DNA of 64,000 nucleotides, taken from assembly GCA_902802115.1 (NCBI GenBank), contig CADCKW010000003.1:5637-69636 (forward strand). Direction: 5' to 3'. Each line of letters begins with the position of its first letter. Position 1 is the stretch's first letter. The DNA is from an uncultured Pseudomonadota bacterium (GTDB lineage Bacteria; Pseudomonadota; Alphaproteobacteria; Rs-D84). A program made the translations under genes and the position numbers. Positions 48,609-57,615 of the stretch are shown in pieces. The notes under the pieces were generated by a model. It made no database searches. It was not told the origin of the DNA and saw only the letters and a list, made by a program, of their open reading frames with translations.

Positions 48609-50485
48609 CTATAAGACTTTTGATATTATTGTGCTGTAGTTTGGTGATATCCTTACCTGCTTGGTCTGCATTGCCAAATGGATGCAGCAATTTTACTGAA
48701 ACAAATGACGGACAAAAGGTTCAAGGACGTGATGCCAAAAGAATGGGAATTAAAAAATTACTTTGGCAATATCCTTGCGAAAATAATAAAGACAAAGGCA
48801 TTTGTGTTGAATGGGGTGATTTGAATTTTTTATCCCATGGGCAAGCTATTGCTGCTGCTAAATCTTATGCAAAACGCAGAAACAATGTTGATGTTATTTG
48901 CTCACGCGGGCATTTTACCTGTGGAACATTTTCTAAGGATCCTCATATTGTATGTGCTGCAAAAGATCCAAAATATAACAAAGATTTCTATGAATTTATT
49001 GTTAATGAGATTTCGGAAACATCGGATTCAAAATGGCGAAAGAGTGTTGGCCTGGCACAATGTAGAACATTCTTGGTAGATAAAAATGCTAATTTTGATA
49101 AAATCGAGGTTTATAAGTATTTCGCTCCTCCACCTGAGGCTAAAGAGTTGCCCTATTCTAAAGCGATGACATGTAGTTTTTATGATGACAATTTATCTTA
49201 TGACGAAAACAAAATTCGTGAAGAAGATAATTGTATGGCGATGGATGAAAGTTTGCGCGATAATTTTGGTTTTGAAATTCTGCGCAGATACGAATCTAAA
49301 CGCGGTTTTGTACCGGTAATTTGTACAATCAATTTTGGAAACATAGGAAGCTTTGATGAACAAAAAAAGTGCAATGATATGATGACCAACCATACCAATG
49401 TTGATAACAATCGTTTCAGCACATTAAAAGGTACATTAAACGAAGAAATGAAAGCATGGTTGGCCGGTTATGTTCAACGCGAATTAGATGAGCCTTTAAA
49501 AACGTTTTCTTGCAAAGATGCTTTTTCACCCTGCAATACTGGACTTATTAAAAATCAAACTGACGATATTTTGGATTGTACTGCTAATGGCAAACTAATC
49601 AGATTCAGATTTGATAGTTTGAGCACAGGCTCAAAACAACAAAAAAAACGAACAAGCAGCGCGATGCAGTGTATGAATACGCAAACCGGTGAATTTGACG
49701 GACGACGTTGTCGTGGCATCACAAAAAGCCAATGTGTTGGCCCAAAAGGTAATTGTGACGAGGGAAGTTTATGTGCCACAGTCCCAGGGGGAACGCGTTG
49801 GGATTCTTCATTACAGGCATGTGTTTTGAAGGCGGCAAACATGCAAGCAAATAAGGATAAAGCCATAGATATTACATTGACTGTTGGAATCCCTGCTACA
49901 TTAGTGACCGCAGAACTAGTTAGTGGTGGTTCAGCGACAGTTATTATATTCGCTGGGGTTGGCACCGCTGCAGGTATAACATCAGAAATTATGACAGCAA
50001 CACAACAAACTGCTGTACAGAAATATTTAACTAAATTAGAAAGCTGTGTATCCCCAGAATGTGTTAAAGAATTTTTGGAAGAATACCTGTCTACATTGTC
50101 GTCATACGAATACAATTTATCCGATGATGTTATCAAATCATTAGATAGTATTTTATCAAAAAAAATCAAAATATTGACAGCTGGCGAACAGGCAAGATTT
50201 CAACGCGAAATTGATGCTGCACGTAAAAAAGACACTTATTTCGACACATTTTTTAAAAATGAACGCGCAGAATGGACCCCGCAAGATACACAAAAAGTGA
50301 TTAATATTGTTGGGTTTGTTTCAAGTTTTATTCCGTTATCAACAAAAGCAATTAATGCCGCAAGTAAATTTACACAAATGCCAAAAACAGCAAGAGCTTT
50401 GCGTAGTGCATATAAATCATTTGAAAAAGCGGGTAATGTTGTTGATAGAACAAATTCTACCATGGGTGTTTTGAATGTGAATTAA
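48596..50485 (+). CDS. Secreted Cys-rich hypothetical protein with a C-terminal hydrophobic hairpin
   Basis: Signal peptide (PAWS-A), many Cys, hydrophobic ITLTVGIPATLV...VIIFAGVGTAAG. Confidence 0.7.
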   Translation: MQKITIRLLILLCCSLVISLPAWSALPNGCSNFTETNDGQKVQGRDAKRMGIKKLLWQYPCENNKDKGICVEWGDLNFLSHGQAIAAAKSYAKRRNNVDVICSRGHFTCGTFSKDPHIVCAAKDPKYNKDFYEFIVNEISETSDSKWRKSVGLAQCRTFLVDKNANFDKIEVYKYFAPPPEAKELPYSKAMTCSFYDDNLSYDENKIREEDNCMAMDESLRDNFGFEILRRYESKRGFVPVICTINFGNIGSFDEQKKCNDMMTNHTNVDNNRFSTLKGTLNEEMKAWLAGYVQRELDEPLKTFSCKDAFSPCNTGLIKNQTDDILDCTANGKLIRFRFDSLSTGSKQQKKRTSSAMQCMNTQTGEFDGRRCRGITKSQCVGPKGNCDEGSLCATVPGGTRWDSSLQACVLKAANMQANKDKAIDITLTVGIPATLVTAELVSGGSATVIIFAGVGTAAGITSEIMTATQQTAVQKYLTKLESCVSPECVKEFLEEYLSTLSSYEYNLSDDVIKSLDSILSKKIKILTAGEQARFQREIDAARKKDTYFDTFFKNERAEWTPQDTQKVINIVGFVSSFIPLSTKAINAASKFTQMPKTARALRSAYKSFEKAGNVVDRTNSTMGVLNVN

Positions 50486-50574
50486 TGTATCAACGGTTGC
50501 CAAGATGCCTGTGACAAATAATTCTGTCGTTTATTTGGTTTTTAACGAACAGATGCTTTTGTGCAAATAAAAAC

Positions 50575-50705
50575 TTGACTTTTCGGGGGTGAAGTATCAT
50601 AATACCCCTGCAAATCCCAAAGATTGCCATTTCAAACACCCCTGCGTGCGGTATGCACGAGGAACACTCTCCGGCGAGTTTCGCCCTGGGTGTCGGTTTT
50701 CTTTG
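50575..50705 (+). promoter_or_regulatory. rpsP operon promoter and structured 5' leader
   Basis: TTGACT-N17-CATAAT; nested stems CAAAGA/TCTTTG, ACACCC/GGGTGT, CGTGC/GCACG, GGCGA/TCGCC. Confidence 0.5.
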
Positions 50706-50744
50706 TGGTTTTAACAGATAACTTTTTAACAAGGAGTAATATAC

Positions 50745-51191
50745 ATGGCAACAGTTATCCGCTTGGCACGTTATGGTGCAAAAAAACGCCCTTATTATCA
50801 CATTGTTGTGACAGATTCACGCAATGCACGTAATTCTGGTAATATTTTAGAGGTTGTTGGTAAATACAACCCTATGTTAGCCAAAGACGACGAAAAACGC
50901 GTCATTTTGAAAATTGACGAATTGAAAGCATGGTTGGCCAAGGGTGCAAAACCTTCGGACCGCGTCTATAAATTTATGGTAAATGCTGGTTTGGCAACTG
51001 CAAAACCAATTCCAACACAAACCAAAAAGAATTTACCAAGCGAAAAAACACAACAAAAGGCAAAAGACAAAGCTGACAAGTTGGCAAAAATCGCCGAAGA
51101 AAAAGCCGCTGCAGAGGCCGCAGCCAAGGCAGCCACAGAGGCACCAGCCGAAGCCCCAGCTGAAGCACCTGCCGAAACAGTTGCGGAGTAA
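50745..51191 (+). CDS. rpsP: 30S ribosomal protein bS16 with an Ala/Glu/Lys-rich tail
   Basis: [36 protein letters not shown]. Confidence 0.97.
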   Translation: MATVIRLARYGAKKRPYYHIVVTDSRNARNSGNILEVVGKYNPMLAKDDEKRVILKIDELKAWLAKGAKPSDRVYKFMVNAGLATAKPIPTQTKKNLPSEKTQQKAKDKADKLAKIAEEKAAAEAAAKAATEAPAEAPAEAPAETVAE

Positions 51192-51198
51192 TAATTAC

Positions 51199-51651
51199 AT
51201 GCAAAATAGACCGAAGTATTCCGATTTAGAATTAAAACACGCGTTAAGCGATGTGTTCGCTTCGGTCTATTTTATTGATAAACGCGCAAAGAAAAAACTG
51301 AACGATAGTTATTTTTTGAACTTTGACAGTTTAATTGCCTATGCACGCGAAAATCATATTGACGAAATGCAATATATTCGCAGTATCCAACAAGATTTAT
51401 TAACCATACCGCAAACATATTTGGCGCGCCCTTTCTATACCAAATATGAATTAAAACGCGCAATGACAAATGTGTTTAATTCTGTGTATTTTGATGATTT
51501 ATCTGCAAAAATCAATATACAAGACAGTTATTTCTTGAATTTTGATTCTTTTGTAAATTATGCGCAAAAACATAATATCGACCCAATGAATCATATAAAC
51601 GGTATTCGCGATATGCTGTTGGAATTACCTGGCTGTCACGAAAGAGCATAA
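51199..51651 (+). CDS. Hypothetical protein built from two ~70-aa tandem repeats
   Basis: Y...ELK.A...VF.SVYF.D..AK....DSYFLNFDS...YA....ID.M..I..I...LL..P occurs twice. Confidence 0.7.
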   Translation: MQNRPKYSDLELKHALSDVFASVYFIDKRAKKKLNDSYFLNFDSLIAYARENHIDEMQYIRSIQQDLLTIPQTYLARPFYTKYELKRAMTNVFNSVYFDDLSAKINIQDSYFLNFDSFVNYAQKHNIDPMNHINGIRDMLLELPGCHERA

Positions 51652-51661
51652 GGGTAAAATT

Positions 51662-51868
51662 ATGAGTAATGTTAATTGCCCGTACGATAGTCAATATTGC
51701 CAGAAAAAAGACCAGATATTTTCTGGGTGGGTAAAAATCGTGACAAACTATACAATGCCCCAACCCATAAATCCTGATGATTTTTCAGGTTGTCCAGGGG
51801 TTAAAACCTGTGCCAGACATCCCGAGTTTTTATCAAACCAAAGGTCCAAAGGTCATGAACGACAATAA
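51662..51868 (+). CDS. Small Cys-containing hypothetical protein
   Basis: CPYDSQYC...GCPGVKTC; AAGGG upstream; overlaps the rimM start. Confidence 0.55.
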   Translation: MSNVNCPYDSQYCQKKDQIFSGWVKIVTNYTMPQPINPDDFSGCPGVKTCARHPEFLSNQRSKGHERQ

Positions 51869-52319
51869 AAAAATTTTGGTTGGTAAAATTGTTGCAATGC
51901 AAGGTGTGCGTGGTGATGTGCGTATTCAAACATACACTGAAAACCCGGCAGATTTTCAAAAATTCAAAATTCAAAGTTCAAAGTTTAATCCTGATGATTT
52001 CAAATTCATTCGTGTTTTGCCTAATTCATCTGTGATTATTGCACACATCAACGGATTTGAAGACCGAACGTCAGCCGAGGCTTTGCGCGGAACAGAATTA
52101 TTTGTCGCGCGCAATGATTTACCAGACACAAAACCCGGCGAATATTACCAGGCCGATTTAATTGGATTTACAGTTATACAAAATGGTGAAAAGGTCGGCA
52201 TTATTTCAGGATTTCAAAACTTTGGCGCAGGCGATATTATCGAAACATCTGTCGGCAATATGTATTCGTTCAAAGGCGCAGAAGTTGATTTAAACAATAA
52301 AACTGTGACAGTAAAATAG
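51855..52319 (+). CDS. rimM: Ribosome maturation factor RimM
   Basis: VGKIVAMQGVRG, AEALRG, EYYQADLIG, NFGAGDIIE. Confidence 0.93.
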   Translation: MNDNKKILVGKIVAMQGVRGDVRIQTYTENPADFQKFKIQSSKFNPDDFKFIRVLPNSSVIIAHINGFEDRTSAEALRGTELFVARNDLPDTKPGEYYQADLIGFTVIQNGEKVGIISGFQNFGAGDIIETSVGNMYSFKGAEVDLNNKTVTVK

Positions 52320-52331
52320 AGGTATATTGTT

Positions 52332-52568
52332 ATGAGTAATAAAAGTTCAACAATGGTTGAAGTAGATGTGACACCCGTTTCTTTTCAATGCTATGATACA
52401 GGCGAATGCCCTGCAATTAATGTATTGAAAAACGAAATGCCGTCTGTAAAAATCGAACCCAGAAACGATGGGACATTTATTGCAAAATGCCCTATTCCTG
52501 ACTATCCAAGAGCACAACAAACCGTTAATACTATTTGTATGGGCTGTCGCGCACGCGGGGTTAGATAA
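52332..52568 (+). CDS. Small putative Zn-binding hypothetical protein
   Basis: GAGG RBS; C-x5-CP and C-terminal ICMGC. Confidence 0.6.
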   Translation: MSNKSSTMVEVDVTPVSFQCYDTGECPAINVLKNEMPSVKIEPRNDGTFIAKCPIPDYPRAQQTVNTICMGCRARGVR

Positions 52569-52602
52569 CAACAAAAAAGTAAAAAAAAAAGAAGTATCAA
52601 TT

Positions 52603-52893
52603 ATGACCGAAAGATTTAAACCTTACTATTTTAAAGCCTTTTATGTTAACAATAATCTGGAACCACTGATAACAACAAAATGTTCAGAAATTGAAGAAGT
52701 GTGCCCTGTCTTGGTGTATGGCAAGAAACAAAATATGAATATACAAGAAGGATTTTCCTTAAAAATGATAGGTTTTTACAAAGTCCAAGTAACAGACAAG
52801 CATATTTTTAGGGTGGTTGGCGCCCAAAATCAATTAAAACAAAATATTTGTGATATATGCAACGAATGCCAAACCAAGAAAAAAACAAGATAA
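52603..52893 (+). CDS. Small putative Zn-binding hypothetical protein
   Basis: C-x6-CP and C-terminal ICDICNEC; stop 3 nt before trmD. Confidence 0.55.
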   Translation: MTERFKPYYFKAFYVNNNLEPLITTKCSEIEEVCPVLVYGKKQNMNIQEGFSLKMIGFYKVQVTDKHIFRVVGAQNQLKQNICDICNECQTKKKTR

Positions 52894-52896
52894 AAA

Positions 52897-53583
52897 ATGC
52901 ATTTTAATATATTGACCATTTTTCCTGAATTATTCCCTGGCACACTGGGTGCGGGTGTGGTTGGTCGCGCATTAAACAAAAATATTTGGTCGATGGATAT
53001 TATAAACATTCGCGATTTTGCCATAAATAATTATGGCAGTGTTGATGACGAACAATTTGGTGGTGGCGCAGGTATGGTTATGCGACCTGACGTGTTGGGC
53101 GACGCATTGGATTCTGTTAAAAACAAAGGTAAAATCATATACTTTTCGCCACGCGGTAATGTTTTAAATCAAAAACGCGTGCGCGAATTTGTCGCCGATA
53201 AAGATGCGACATATACCCTGATTTGTGGCAGATATGAAGGCATTGATGAACGCGTTTTACAAGAATACGATGTGTTGGAAATTTCTGTGGGGGATTATAT
53301 TTTATCCGGTGGCGAAATTGCCGCGCAGATTTTTATTGACAGTTGCGTTCGCGTGATGGATAATGTGTTGCACGGTGGCGCAGATTCCACCAATAATGAA
53401 AGTTTCGAAATCGGCGGGTTAGAATGGCCGTTATATACCCGTCCGTCAGTATGGCGCGGACACAAAGTCCCAGAAGTCCTGCTGTCCGGTCACCACGGCA
53501 ATATCGAACGGTGGCGGAATCAACAATCGGACGAAATAACAAAACAAAGACGTCCGGATTTAATAAAGGAAAACAAAAAATGA
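52897..53583 (+). CDS. trmD: tRNA (guanine37-N1)-methyltransferase
   Basis: [43 protein letters not shown]. Confidence 0.98.
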   Translation: MHFNILTIFPELFPGTLGAGVVGRALNKNIWSMDIINIRDFAINNYGSVDDEQFGGGAGMVMRPDVLGDALDSVKNKGKIIYFSPRGNVLNQKRVREFVADKDATYTLICGRYEGIDERVLQEYDVLEISVGDYILSGGEIAAQIFIDSCVRVMDNVLHGGADSTNNESFEIGGLEWPLYTRPSVWRGHKVPEVLLSGHHGNIERWRNQQSDEITKQRRPDLIKENKK

Positions 53584-53969
53584 ATATTTTGAAAAAAATT
53601 GAAGCAGAACAAGTCGCAAAAATGAAAGGTGATAAAGTTATCCCTAACTTTAAAGCTGGTGACACAGTAAAAGTTCATGTCAAAATTAAAGATGGCGATA
53701 AATTCCGTATCCAAATGTTCGAAGGCGTTGTTATCGCACGCGATGGTGGAACGGGGAATAACGCATCATTTACAGTTCGTCGTGAATCTTATGGTGTTGG
53801 TGTTGAACGTAAGTTCCCATTATATTCACCTGCGATTGAAAAAATCGAAAAGGTTCGTATCGGTCGTGTTCGTCGTGCTAAATTGTTCTTTTTACGCAAA
53901 TTGTCTGGTAAAAAGGCTCGTATTGTCGAAGATTTGGCGGCAACATCGGCAGAAAAATCGGCAAAATAA
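53580..53969 (+). CDS. rplS: 50S ribosomal protein bL19
   Basis: [35 protein letters not shown]. Confidence 0.98.
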   Translation: MNILKKIEAEQVAKMKGDKVIPNFKAGDTVKVHVKIKDGDKFRIQMFEGVVIARDGGTGNNASFTVRRESYGVGVERKFPLYSPAIEKIEKVRIGRVRRAKLFFLRKLSGKKARIVEDLAATSAEKSAK

Positions 53970-53989
53970 TTTTTGCAAAAATATAAAAA

Positions 53990-54019
53990 AAAGGACCGCG
54001 ATTTCGTGGTTCTTTTTTT
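53990..54019 (+). terminator. Intrinsic terminator of the rpsP operon
   Basis: AAAGGACCGCG-ATTT-CGTGGTTCTTT plus T tract. Confidence 0.6.
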
Positions 54020-54070
54020 ATTAAATTTAATAAATTGACTTATGCGTCTTATGTTTGTAAAATTATGGTC

Positions 54071-54430
54071 ATGAAAAAATTTATAAAGATTTTTGTTGTT
54101 TTTGCTTTGATTATGCCGGCTGTTCCCCATGGCGCAGACGCATATATCGACCACGAAAACGCTGTGTTGCGCGTTTTAAACAAGGCCGCCGGCAAGGCAC
54201 AAAACCTGCGCGTGCCTGTGGGGTATTCTGTAAATCACGAAAAATTAAATATTGCTGTGCGTTCTTGCAAGCAAACAGACCCATTTGATGCAGAAAATCA
54301 TTTTGCCTTTGTCGAGATTTTTGACGGAAACGCCAATCAAATATTTGGTGGTTGGATGAATAAAAACGAACCAGGCAATAATCCACTGCAAAATCCAGAC
54401 TATGATGTTTGGTTGATAAACTGTGAATAA
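54071..54430 (+). CDS. DUF2155-like secreted protein, probably leaderless
   Basis: AVLRVLNK, VRSC, FGGWM, PDYDVWL..C; TTGACT-N17-TAAAAT-N7-ATG. Confidence 0.75.
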   Translation: MKKFIKIFVVFALIMPAVPHGADAYIDHENAVLRVLNKAAGKAQNLRVPVGYSVNHEKLNIAVRSCKQTDPFDAENHFAFVEIFDGNANQIFGGWMNKNEPGNNPLQNPDYDVWLINCE

Positions 54431-54448
54431 TTTAACAAGGGGGGAAAA

Positions 54449-54769
54449 ATGAAAAAAACTATCGATTTTTTAAAAAGAAATTTCAAATTGATTATTGGAA
54501 TTGCTGTATTGGTTTTGGTTATTGCGATTTTCTTTGCTGTTAAATCTAAATCTGTGGGATTGGAAAACGGAAATTTGCAAAAATGGACTCTTGCATCAGT
54601 TGAGGCCAAAGTATCAACAGTGCAATCTTTGACCAATAATACCAAAGATGCTGATTTAATTGTGCAATGCGTTGATAAAATGTCCAGTTTTAATGATTCT
54701 GGGGAATTTGCAGTTCGCGATGCGATAAAGTTATGCAATATGGGTATTCAATTACGGGAAAATAATTAA
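54449..54769 (+). CDS. Small membrane-anchored hypothetical protein
   Basis: GGGGG RBS, N-terminal TM helix, two Cys. Confidence 0.65.
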   Translation: MKKTIDFLKRNFKLIIGIAVLVLVIAIFFAVKSKSVGLENGNLQKWTLASVEAKVSTVQSLTNNTKDADLIVQCVDKMSSFNDSGEFAVRDAIKLCNMGIQLRENN

Positions 54770-54771
54770 AA

Positions 54772-55905
54772 ATGCAAAATAATGATGATGATAAATTGAT
54801 AAAAATTGATATGGGCACATTACAAAGTAATGTCGCGCCAAACAAAGATTCTGTGTTATGTTTAGGCATTGAATCGTCGTGTGATGAAACATCGGCGGCG
54901 ATTGTGGATTCTAACAGAAATGTGTTATCTCATATTATTTATTCACAAATACCAGAACATCAAAAATACGGTGGTGTGGTGCCTGAATTGGCGGCACGCG
55001 CGCATATTTTGGCAATTGACACTGTAATCAACCAGACTTTACAAGCCGCTGGTAAAACAATTAACGATATTGATGTTATTGCCGCAACGGCGGGTCCGGG
55101 ACTCATTGGTGGCGTATTGGTTGGTTGGTTGGCGGCAACAGGTATTGCCCAGGCAACAAAAAAACCACTGGTTGCGGTTAATCATTTGGAAGGACACGCG
55201 TTGGTTCCCCGGTTATCTGCGACCGCGGCAAATGGAATTGGCGCGGGCGCATCGGTTGATTTTCCATATTTACTGATGCTGGCATCGGGTGGGCATTGCC
55301 AGATTTTATTGGTTCGCGGTGTTGGTCAATACGAGTTAATCGGTCAAACCATAGATGACAGCGCAGGTGAAGCTTTTGACAAGGTTTCTAAGATGTTAGG
55401 ATTGGGATATCCGGGCGGTCCAATTGTTGATAAACGCGCAAGCTCAGGCAATCCAAAACGTTTTAACTTTCCACGTCCATTATGTGATAAACCAGGCTGT
55501 GATTTTTCGTTTAGTGGCATTAAAACCGCGGCACGCATTATGTTGGATAAAAACACCCAACCCATTGATGATGCGTTTATAAATGATTTCTGCGCATCTT
55601 TCCAGGCGGCTGTGGTTGATTGTATTATAAACAGATTAAATCACGCGATGGCGACCGATGTTGTTCGTGCGGCAAATCCAAAAACTTTGGTTGTTGCCGG
55701 TGGCGTTGCGAAAAACAGTGCTATACGTGCGGCAATGGAAAACCTGGCAGATGCACATAATATGATTTTTGCGGCACCGCCAATGAATTTATGCACCGAC
55801 AATGGCGCAATGATTGCGTGGGCTGGAATCGAAAATTGGCGCATTGGGAATATTGTTCGCGAACCTGTGGCACCCCGCCCCCGTTGGCCATTGACCGAAT
55901 TATAG
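54772..55905 (+). CDS. tsaD: tRNA t6A transferase TsaD
   Basis: LGIESSCDET, GGVVPE, GPGL, HLEGH, SGGH, DDSAGEAFDK, TDNGAMIA. Confidence 0.97.
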   Translation: MQNNDDDKLIKIDMGTLQSNVAPNKDSVLCLGIESSCDETSAAIVDSNRNVLSHIIYSQIPEHQKYGGVVPELAARAHILAIDTVINQTLQAAGKTINDIDVIAATAGPGLIGGVLVGWLAATGIAQATKKPLVAVNHLEGHALVPRLSATAANGIGAGASVDFPYLLMLASGGHCQILLVRGVGQYELIGQTIDDSAGEAFDKVSKMLGLGYPGGPIVDKRASSGNPKRFNFPRPLCDKPGCDFSFSGIKTAARIMLDKNTQPIDDAFINDFCASFQAAVVDCIINRLNHAMATDVVRAANPKTLVVAGGVAKNSAIRAAMENLADAHNMIFAAPPMNLCTDNGAMIAWAGIENWRIGNIVREPVAPRPRWPLTEL

Positions 55906-55917
55906 GAAACAAAACCC

Positions 55918-56373
55918 ATGTTGAACAAAGAACAATATAAATTAGCAACAGAAAAATTAAAGTCCAAAATGCCTGCGTTTTCTGGGTATTATGACGATGC
56001 AAAATATTCTTTGACAACATTGGTTGAAACAATTCGTGCGGTTATGCCAGTGGCAGATGTTAGAAATGTCTTTGTTGATGTTAAAAAACCTGTTAGTTAT
56101 GCCAGTGGATTTTGCGCACTGAATTCTTATGCAATATATAATTTAACCGGTGGCGATAAATATTGGGAATATTATCATATTTCGTCAAAATACGGTTTTG
56201 ATAAAGATGTTTGTTATTTGAAAAACAAGAAAAATGGAAAGTTTTTATATCTGGGCGATATTCAAGATATCCCGTATGATATGGGTCACCCGATTGATAA
56301 TAAAAAATTTAAATGCCCAAATGGCGAACTTTATACCGCGTTAATAAAACAAATTGCCAACAATAAAGAATAA
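55918..56373 (+). CDS. Hypothetical protein inserted between tsaD and xseA
   Basis: AGGA upstream, tight operon spacing, 151 aa. Confidence 0.65.
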   Translation: MLNKEQYKLATEKLKSKMPAFSGYYDDAKYSLTTLVETIRAVMPVADVRNVFVDVKKPVSYASGFCALNSYAIYNLTGGDKYWEYYHISSKYGFDKDVCYLKNKKNGKFLYLGDIQDIPYDMGHPIDNKKFKCPNGELYTALIKQIANNKE

Positions 56374-56376
56374 AAA

Positions 56377-57615
56377 ATGATTGAAAAACCTGCCCCTTTT
56401 GTTAAACCAGATATGATTTTTTCGGTGACAGATGCGTCATCTTTGCTGAAAAAAGTTGTTGAAACTGCTTTTCCGGTAATTCGCGTGCGTGGCGAATTGT
56501 CGGGTATTACACGCGCAACATCGGGGCATATTTATATGTCTATCAAAGATGCCGGGGCGGTTATAAATATGATTATTTGGCGCGGAACACCGGTATCTTT
56601 TAAATTAGAAGAAGGTATGGAGGTTATAGTCACTGGAAAATTCACGACTTACCCTGCCCGCAGTAATTATCAAATGATTGTTAGTGAAATTGAAATGGCG
56701 GGCGTTGGCGCAATATTAAAAATGCTGGAAGAACGCAAACGCAAATTGGCAGCCGAGGGTCTGTTTGATGAATCGCGCAAAAAACCGTTGCCAAAACTGC
56801 CCCAAACAATTGGTGTTGTCACCAGCCCGACCGGTGCCGCTTTTCAAGATATTCAAAACAGATTGCGCGAAAGATTCCCTGTGCGTGTGTTATTATATCC
56901 GGCAACTGTTCAGGGAGATACCGCCGCGCGTGAGGTTGCCGCAGGTATTGAATATTTTAATCGTATGAATAATGTTGATGTTATTATCGTTGCACGCGGT
57001 GGTGGTGCATTGGAAGATTTATTACCTTTTAGTGAAGAAATCGTTGTGCGTGCCGCCGCCGCCAGTCATATCCCTTTGATTTCGGGGGTTGGACACGAAC
57101 CGGATTGGATGCTGATTGATTTTGCCGCCGATGTGCGCGCACCAACACCAACCGGCGCCGCAGAAATGGTCGTACCAACAAAAATATCACTGATTCAAGA
57201 TTTAGAAAATCAAGGACACAGATTGGAAACTGTTTTTGCCACACGATTGGTTGGCGCACGACAAAAAATTGAAAACATTTCTGTGAAAAGCCCGCGGCAA
57301 GTCGTTATGGAATTGGGGCAAAAAATAGACGATATATCCAGAACTTTGGATTTAATCATTACAAACAAACTGGGATTGGCACGACAAAAATTAGAAGCAT
57401 TGGCATCTATGCCAAATGTATTATCAAATAAAATGAATATATTAAATCAGTCTGTTTTGCACCTGGGGCAAATGTTAAATAGTTTGAGTTATAAAAGTGT
57501 TTTATCGCGTGGTTATGCCATTGTGCGCGATGAAAATGGTCAAATTATTTCGCGTGGTGCGGATAACAAAAAACCCGCCACAATCGAATTCAATGATGGA
57601 GTAATAAAGCTATGA
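56377..57615 (+). CDS. xseA: Exodeoxyribonuclease VII large subunit
   Basis: VRGELS, SGHIY, GVVTSPTGAA, ARGGG, GVGHE.D, APTPTGAAE, LSRGYA. Confidence 0.96.
   Translation: MIEKPAPFVKPDMIFSVTDASSLLKKVVETAFPVIRVRGELSGITRATSGHIYMSIKDAGAVINMIIWRGTPVSFKLEEGMEVIVTGKFTTYPARSNYQMIVSEIEMAGVGAILKMLEERKRKLAAEGLFDESRKKPLPKLPQTIGVVTSPTGAAFQDIQNRLRERFPVRVLLYPATVQGDTAAREVAAGIEYFNRMNNVDVIIVARGGGALEDLLPFSEEIVVRAAAASHIPLISGVGHEPDWMLIDFAADVRAPTPTGAAEMVVPTKISLIQDLENQGHRLETVFATRLVGARQKIENISVKSPRQVVMELGQKIDDISRTLDLIITNKLGLARQKLEALASMPNVLSNKMNILNQSVLHLGQMLNSLSYKSVLSRGYAIVRDENGQIISRGADNKKPATIEFNDGVIKL

Noticed and set aside
45895-50485. Prophage or genomic island at tRNA-Gly
   Set aside because: No integrase or phage genes; the only att-like repeat encloses ~95 bp
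50983-51198. N-terminal extension of the 50983-51651 ORF
   Set aside because: Out-of-frame overlap with the rpsP tail; real start is more likely ATG 51199
52581-52590. A10 tract between two ORFans as a phase-variation site
   Set aside because: Intergenic A runs are common in this AT-rich sequence
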